NCBI GenBank assembly: GCA_052144275.1
Contig: JBKQQQ010001039.1
Coordinates: 1 to 41,493, forward strand
Length of the DNA: 41,493 bases
Source of the DNA: Streptosporangiaceae bacterium
GTDB lineage: Bacteria > Actinomycetota > Actinomycetes > Streptosporangiales > Streptosporangiaceae
Reading direction: 5' to 3'
The notes below the pieces were generated by a model that saw nothing but the letters and a program-made list of their open reading frames with translations, was not told the DNA's origin and ran no database searches. Positions 37,201 through 41,493 of the stretch are shown piece after piece (within the stretch, counting starts at the first letter, position 1; each line of letters opens with the position of its first letter). The translations under genes were made by a program, and so were the position numbers.

Positions 37201-37548
37201 GTGGATGCTGACCGTGGCCGCGATGGCTGGAGCGCGCTGGCGGACGGGACGCGGCGGGCGATTGTGAGTCGCCTGGCCGATGGGCCGTTGCCGGTGGGTG
37301 TGCTGGCCGCGTTGTTGCCGGTGACCCGGTCAGCGGTCTCACAGCACTTGAAGGTGCTCAAGGACGCCGGGCTAGTCAGCGAGCGGGCGGTGGGGACGCG
37401 GCGACTGTACCGGCTGAACCCGGCGGCTGTGGCGGCGCTGCGCGATCAGTTGGACACGTTCTGGCGGCGCGCGCTCAGCGGTTATGCCGATGTTGTCGAG
37501 TCAGGTGTCCCGGAGTCGGGCACTGAGCCTGTGACGGAGGATGGCTGA
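37201..37548 (+). CDS. ArsR/SmtB-family transcriptional regulator
   Basis: ALADGTRRAIVSRLADGPLPVGVLAALLPVTRSAVSQHLKVLKDAGLV is the ArsR wHTH. The ORF starts at GTG 37201. A GCATCC-N11-GGATGC repeat lies just upstream and over the start. Confidence 0.8.
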   Translation: MDADRGRDGWSALADGTRRAIVSRLADGPLPVGVLAALLPVTRSAVSQHLKVLKDAGLVSERAVGTRRLYRLNPAAVAALRDQLDTFWRRALSGYADVVESGVPESGTEPVTEDG

Positions 37549-38061
37549 TGGGTCAGGCTGACGTTCCTGCGGCTGGTTCTGTGGTGTGTCGAGATGTAGT
37601 GGTCGGCGTGCCGATCGCTGCGGCGTTCGAGGCGTTCACTGAACGGTTTGGTGACTTCAAGCCACCGGAGCACAACCTGCTCGGTGCGCCGATCGAGAAG
37701 ACTGTGTTCGAGCCGCGGGTGGGGGGCCACATCTTCGACCGGGCGGTGGACGGCTCGGTGTGTCGGTGGGCGCGGATCCTGGCGTTCGAGCCACCGGACC
37801 GGGTGGTGTTCTCCTGGGACATCAGCCCGCAGTGGCAGATCGAGTCCGATCCGGCGCTGACCAGCGAGGTCGAGGTCCGGTTCGTGGCCGAGGGCCCGGA
37901 CCGCACCTGTCACCCGGGTTGAGCTGGAGCACCGGCACCTGGACAGGCACGGTCCTGGGTGGGAGTCCGTCCGCGACGGCGTCGAGGGCGGTGAGGGTTG
38001 GCCGCTGTACTTGTCCCGTTACCAGGCCGTCGCCGGGTCCCCGGCCGGGAAGGTTGGTTGA
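37548..38061 (+). pseudogene. SRPBCC (AHSA1-like) protein, frameshifted near 37905-37915
   Basis: The N-terminal 124-aa ORF ends shortly after VRFVAEGPDRT. The expected continuation, RVELEHRHLDRHGPGWESVRDGVEGGEGWPLYLSRY, is in the next frame and ends at 38061. Confidence 0.6.
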
Positions 38062-38535
38062 GTGCCTCCAGTCAAGGTGTCCGCGGTCGTGGACCGGCCT
38101 GCCGCGGAGGTGTTCGCCTATGTCACCGATCCAGGCCGTTTCCATGAGTGGCAACAGGGGGTGATCGACGGCCACCTGGAGGCGTCCGCAGACGCTGCCG
38201 ACGGGGGCCGGGGCGTCCCGCGGGTGGGAGCGAAGTGTCTGACCACGCGGCGGATCGGTGGGGCTGACCGGACCGTCACGTCGGTGCTCACCCATGTGGA
38301 CCCGCCGCGGACCTGGGGTGTGCGGGGGATCGACGGCCCGGTCCGGGCGACCGTTGATGTCACGGTGGAACCAGTCACCGAGTCCAGTGCCCGGGTGAGT
38401 ATCGCCGTGGACTTCGCCGGCCACGGCATCGGCCGAGTCCTGGTCCCGCTCATCGTGCGTCCCCAGGCGAGCAAGGAGATGCCGGCGAACATCGCCACGC
38501 TGAAGCAGAGGATCGAGGCCGACTGGCGGGTCTGA
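38062..38535 (+). CDS. SRPBCC-family (polyketide cyclase/dehydrase-like) protein
   Basis: VSAVVDRPAAEVFAYVTDPGRFHEWQQGV ... VEPVTESSARVSIAVDF matches the family. The 157-aa ORF has a GTG start directly after the previous stop. Confidence 0.75.
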   Translation: MPPVKVSAVVDRPAAEVFAYVTDPGRFHEWQQGVIDGHLEASADAADGGRGVPRVGAKCLTTRRIGGADRTVTSVLTHVDPPRTWGVRGIDGPVRATVDVTVEPVTESSARVSIAVDFAGHGIGRVLVPLIVRPQASKEMPANIATLKQRIEADWRV

Positions 38536-38562
38536 CCGGCGGGTCTGACCGGCGGGGTGACC
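38525..38562. repeat. three tandem copies of a 13-bp unit (GGCGGGTCTGACC x2 plus the variant GGCGGGGTGACC)
   Basis: The repeat was read directly from the sequence. It spans the stop of the SRPBCC gene and the 5' break of the ImmA-like fragment. Confidence 0.8.
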
Positions 38563-39095
38563 TGGGACATCACTTGCTAGGTGATCCTCGCGAGGTCGTT
38601 GAGGAAGCCGAGCACGACATGTTCGCTGATACCGCCGTCGAGCGGCGGGCAAGTGCATTCGCAGGGCACCTATTGATGCCGGAACGAGGCGTTCGGTCGG
38701 TGCTGGCGTGGCTCGGTGTAGAACCCAACACGGTCAGCGAGCGGGCTGTCATAGCGTTGATGGAGCACTTCGGTGTGTCGATGGCAGCCCTGATTTACCA
38801 GCTCAACATCATAGGCGTGCTGAGCTACGACGACGGACAGCAGTTGCGCAGCCGCGGTGTGACATCCCTCGTCGAGCGGCACCGCGATGTTGCCCCATCG
38901 GGCGCAGCAACCACTGTTAGCCACATCCGTCGGCCCCCGGAGCGGCTGACGCGCCAGACGCTCACTGGGGCCCAGGAGCAACGCCTAGGCCTTTCAGTAC
39001 TTGCATCCTTGCTAGAACGTGACGACGACGAACAGCTGTGTGGTTTCCCGAAACCAGGACCTTGGCCGTTCATCTGCCGCTTCAACAAGCGGTGA
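38559..39095 (+). pseudogene. ImmA/IrrE-family metallopeptidase, 5'-truncated inside the HExxH motif
   Basis: The frame reads ..GDLGHHLLGD...ERRASAFAGHLLMPERGV, which matches the conserved ImmA/IrrE (COG2856) core. The first His, the upstream domain and any XRE partner are missing. GC is lower than in the flanks. Confidence 0.5.
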
Positions 39096-39601
39096 TAGCG
39101 ACGCTCTCGGCCCACCGCGTGGTATTGGTCAAAGCGGTGGTGACGGAGCTGGAAGAACTGGCCATGATGTCCGATATCACGGCAACATGGGCGGGTACGG
39201 CACTAAGCCAATTGGACTGGCTTCCTGAATCGGTCACGCTCGATGACCCCGTCGGTGTGGAACTAGCAGTCAGCCTGCAAGAAGAGATCGCTGGCGGCCG
39301 CCCCCTGAAGCATCCCATGGAACACTTCGGGGAAGCTGCGGTGATCTCCCTGGCATGTCGCGCGCAGAGACTGAAGCCGCTGATGCTATGCGATGACTAC
39401 AATGCACGCGTCGCAGCGAAGAACCACGATGTGGAGCCGCTTAGCGTGCACAAACTGCTGCACCTCATGATAAGGCAGGGCAAGATTACTGCCGCAGAAG
39501 CAGCGGGTTTCGCTGATGCATTGCACGCGGCAGGCCGAGCACAGGACTATACGGCGGAAGAACTCTCTTGCGGTCGGCTCGCCCGTGTCGGACAGCCTTG
39601 A
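39092..39601 (+). CDS. hypothetical protein, possibly PIN-like (DUF3368-like)
   Basis: HFGEAAVISLACRAQRLKPLMLCDDYNARVAAKNHDVEPLSVHKLLHLMIRQGKI resembles the GEA...DD..AR...G core of PIN-like domains. The start forms a GTGA overlap with the ImmA-like stop. The N-terminal acidic residue is not evident. Confidence 0.35.
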   Translation: MIATLSAHRVVLVKAVVTELEELAMMSDITATWAGTALSQLDWLPESVTLDDPVGVELAVSLQEEIAGGRPLKHPMEHFGEAAVISLACRAQRLKPLMLCDDYNARVAAKNHDVEPLSVHKLLHLMIRQGKITAAEAAGFADALHAAGRAQDYTAEELSCGRLARVGQP

Positions 39602-39667
39602 CGGAGGCAAGTCGATTCCGCCGGTCCCGCCCGCCGGCCGCTCTGACCGCGATCAATGACTATACAG

Positions 39668-39697
39668 AGCTATCATCGTCGTATGGCGATGATAGCT
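39668..39697. promoter_or_regulatory. perfect 11-bp inverted repeat AGCTATCATCG-N8-CGATGATAGCT overlapping the ArsR start codon
   Basis: The repeat was read directly from the sequence. The likely start, ATG 39683, lies in the spacer. Confidence 0.5.
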
Positions 39698-40054
39698 CCT
39701 GATGCCGAAGTCGAGCGGGTGGAGCTTGCCCCGGCTGCGGCCCTGTTCCGATCGCTGGCTGATCCCGCGCGGCTGATGATCGTGCGCCGCCTGGCCAGCG
39801 GCCCGGCGCGGGTGACCGACCTGGTATCCGCGCTGGGGCTGGCGCAGTCGACAGTGTCAAAGCACCTGGCGTGCCTGCGGGACTGCGGGCTGGTGACCTC
39901 GGAGCCCGCCGGGCGGGCCTCGGTGTTCCGGCTGGCCCAGCCCGCGCTGGCCGAGATGCTGGCCGCGGCGCAGACGGTGCTGGCCGCGACGGGCAACGCC
40001 GTCGCCTTGTGCCCAGCCTGGGGAATAGACGCCTGCGGCGGGGAAGTGCCGTGA
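39683..40054 (+). CDS. ArsR/SmtB-family metal sensor, CmtR-like Cys pattern
   Basis: The wHTH has the HLACLRDCGLV motif (Cys-x3-Cys in the recognition helix region, as I recall for CmtR). It also has C-terminal Cys residues (ALCPAWGIDACGG). Confidence 0.75.
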   Translation: MAMIAPDAEVERVELAPAAALFRSLADPARLMIVRRLASGPARVTDLVSALGLAQSTVSKHLACLRDCGLVTSEPAGRASVFRLAQPALAEMLAAAQTVLAATGNAVALCPAWGIDACGGEVP

Positions 40055-40755
40055 CTGCTGCCCGCCCGGAACGCCAGCCGGAGATTCCCGTCCTGGATGC
40101 CTGCTGCCTGCCGGGCGGCTCGTGCGCGGAGCCGAGAATGCCGACGGTGCGCGATGCGGGGTGGCGGCGCGCGGCCCGGCTGGCGCGCTGGCTGGCGTGG
40201 GCCAGCCTGGGATGGATGTGCACCGAGGGTGCCATCGGGCTGTGGCAGGGCTTGGCGGCCGGGTCGATCGCGCTGACCGGATGGGCGCTGGGCAGCGCGG
40301 TGGAGGGCCTGGCCAGCGTGATCGTGATCTGGCGGTTTACTGGGACCCGCGCCCTGTCCGGGACCGCCGAGCGGCGCGCCAAGCGCGCTGTCGCTGTCTC
40401 GTTCTGGCTGCTGGCGCCCTATATCGCCGCCGAATCCGTGCGCGACCTGGTCACCGGTCACCACTCCGGGACCACCGTGATCGGGATCGCGCTGACCGCG
40501 GTCGCGGTGGCGGTGATGCCGCTGCTGGGCCGGGCCAAGCACAAGCTCGCGGCCCGGCTGGGCTCGGCCGCGACCGCCGGGGAAGGCACCCAGAACTACC
40601 TGTGCGCCGCGCAGGCCGCCGCCGTGCTCGTCGGCCTGGCCGTCACCGCCGCCTGGCCTGGCGGCTGGTGGATCGATCCCGTCATCGGCCTGGGCATTGC
40701 CGCGGTAGCAGTGCGGGAAGGCATCCGGTCCTGGCACGGTGACGACTGCTGCTGA
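40051..40755 (+). CDS. cation-efflux (CDF-like, membrane domain only) transporter with Cys-rich termini
   Basis: The start forms a GTGA overlap with the arsR stop. There are 5-6 TM helices. Cys clusters lie at the N-terminus (DACCLPGGSC) and C-terminus (HGDDCC). The motif GRAKHKLAARLGSAATAGEGTQNYLC is present. Confidence 0.7.
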   Translation: MTAARPERQPEIPVLDACCLPGGSCAEPRMPTVRDAGWRRAARLARWLAWASLGWMCTEGAIGLWQGLAAGSIALTGWALGSAVEGLASVIVIWRFTGTRALSGTAERRAKRAVAVSFWLLAPYIAAESVRDLVTGHHSGTTVIGIALTAVAVAVMPLLGRAKHKLAARLGSAATAGEGTQNYLCAAQAAAVLVGLAVTAAWPGGWWIDPVIGLGIAAVAVREGIRSWHGDDCC

Positions 40756-41422
40756 CCGTGACACGCCCCCGCGGTCCGGCTGCCAGGTATGGGGTCGCCG
40801 CGCGTGAGGCCGGGCTCCGGGGCTGTGCGCGCTTGGCGGCGCCGTCGGGCGCGGGCTATGCGCAGTTTGCCGGAGCGGGCCGCTGGCAGGTGGATGAGCA
40901 CCGCCTGCGGCGTGGCTGAGGATACCGCTCGCTGATCAGGGCGACGGCGGTCTCGCCCGGCGGCGCCGGCCGCTGGTTCCGCTGAGGTCCAGGGACGGCC
41001 CGTCAGTGATGGGCGGCGTGCTCGCTCAGCCTGCGGCTGGCGGTGGGTTTCTTTCATGAATGCCCATGCGAGGATGCCAGAGGCGGCGGTGAGGACTGTG
41101 GCCACGCCGATCGCGGTGTCGAGGCTGACGAGGGTGGCGGTGATTCCGCCGATCAGGGCGCCGATGGCGTACCCGGATCGTGCCAGAACCGGTAGATGCC
41201 AAGCGCGGTCGCCCGCCAGGCGGGGTGGATCGCGTCGCTGACCGCGGCCAGCAGGGTGGGGTAGACCAGGGCGGTGCCGGTACCGAGCAGGAAGGCCCCG
41301 GGTCAGCCCGGCGGCCAGAGCGTGGGAGATGCCGATGGTGATCACGGCCAGCCCGGCGGCCTGGATCAGCATCCCTGCGACGATGGGGGGCTTGCGGCCG
41401 ATCCGGTCGGCGAGGTGGCCGG
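40510..41422. repeat. direct repeat copy B (~0.91 kb), matching 8495-9418
   Basis: See copy A. Similarity ends abruptly at 41422, and the sequence to the window end is unrelated. Confidence 0.9.
41000..41422 (-). pseudogene. 3' fragment of an MFS transporter gene (decayed copy of 9003-10304)
   Basis: Relative to copy A, the stop codon is lost (TGA to TCA at about 41003). There is a 1-nt deletion (GGAATCGCGCC vs GGATCGTGCC) and a 1-nt insertion (CCCCGGTCAG vs CCCCGGGTCAG). The N-terminal two thirds are missing. Confidence 0.8.
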
Positions 41423-41493
41423 CGACGGTCCCGGCCCGAGGGTGGCCTGGTCCGCGAGGAGAAAGTCCAGGCTGCGCAGGGTCTTTCGCCCCA

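Noticed and set aside
41423-41493. A partial minus-strand reading frame (..RKTLRSLDFLLADQATLGPG..) after the end of repeat copy B.
   Set aside because: It looks protein-like, but 70 nt at the window edge is too little to call a gene or family. I note it only as the sequence that truncates the MFS copy.

Overview
This is very GC-rich DNA (roughly 70% by eye) of actinobacterial type. It reads as a mosaic stress and accessory island rather than core genome.

Gene content from left to right:
- Integration-type module: a DUF6788-like protein, a tyrosine recombinase, an HTH protein with a small ORF, and a Ser/Thr kinase.
- Metal(loid) modules: an ArsR-ArsC fusion with a VOC protein and ChrA, then DinB, then PadR with a membrane partner.
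- First sulfur module: an ArsR-rhodanese regulator, an MBL-rhodanese enzyme and an MFS transporter.
- A translationally coupled operon of a Cys/Met PLP enzyme, a NifU-like protein and an ATP-grasp ligase.
- A decayed ABC-2 permease, then a TetR regulator with a methyltransferase.
- Copper module: a Met-rich cupredoxin, a SHOCT remnant, a truncated permease and the CopA P-type ATPase.
- Second sulfur module: TauE, an LmbE-like pseudogene, a CsoR-family repressor, an MBL-rhodanese enzyme, a rhodanese, Trx with DUF302, and a class-V PLP enzyme.

Main observations:
- I infer that the second sulfur module is controlled by the His-less (CstR-like) CsoR-family repressor. Its palindrome TACCC-N4-GGGTA occurs eight times, in front of six transcription units.
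- That regulon is interrupted by two tandem diverged ~540-aa paralogues of a family I cannot name. They are separated by a cloverleaf-like structured spacer and followed by a 38-aa Cys-rich ORF, a MITE-like element and an IS5-family IS.
- Imperfect ~0.92-kb direct repeats (8495-9418 and 40510-41422) bracket about 31 kb. Each copy has kept a different gene intact.
- Many genes are frameshifted or truncated.
- I saw no rRNA, tRNA or CRISPR array.

Limits: all family names come from motif recognition in the translated ORFs. No database search was run, and start codons are my best guesses.
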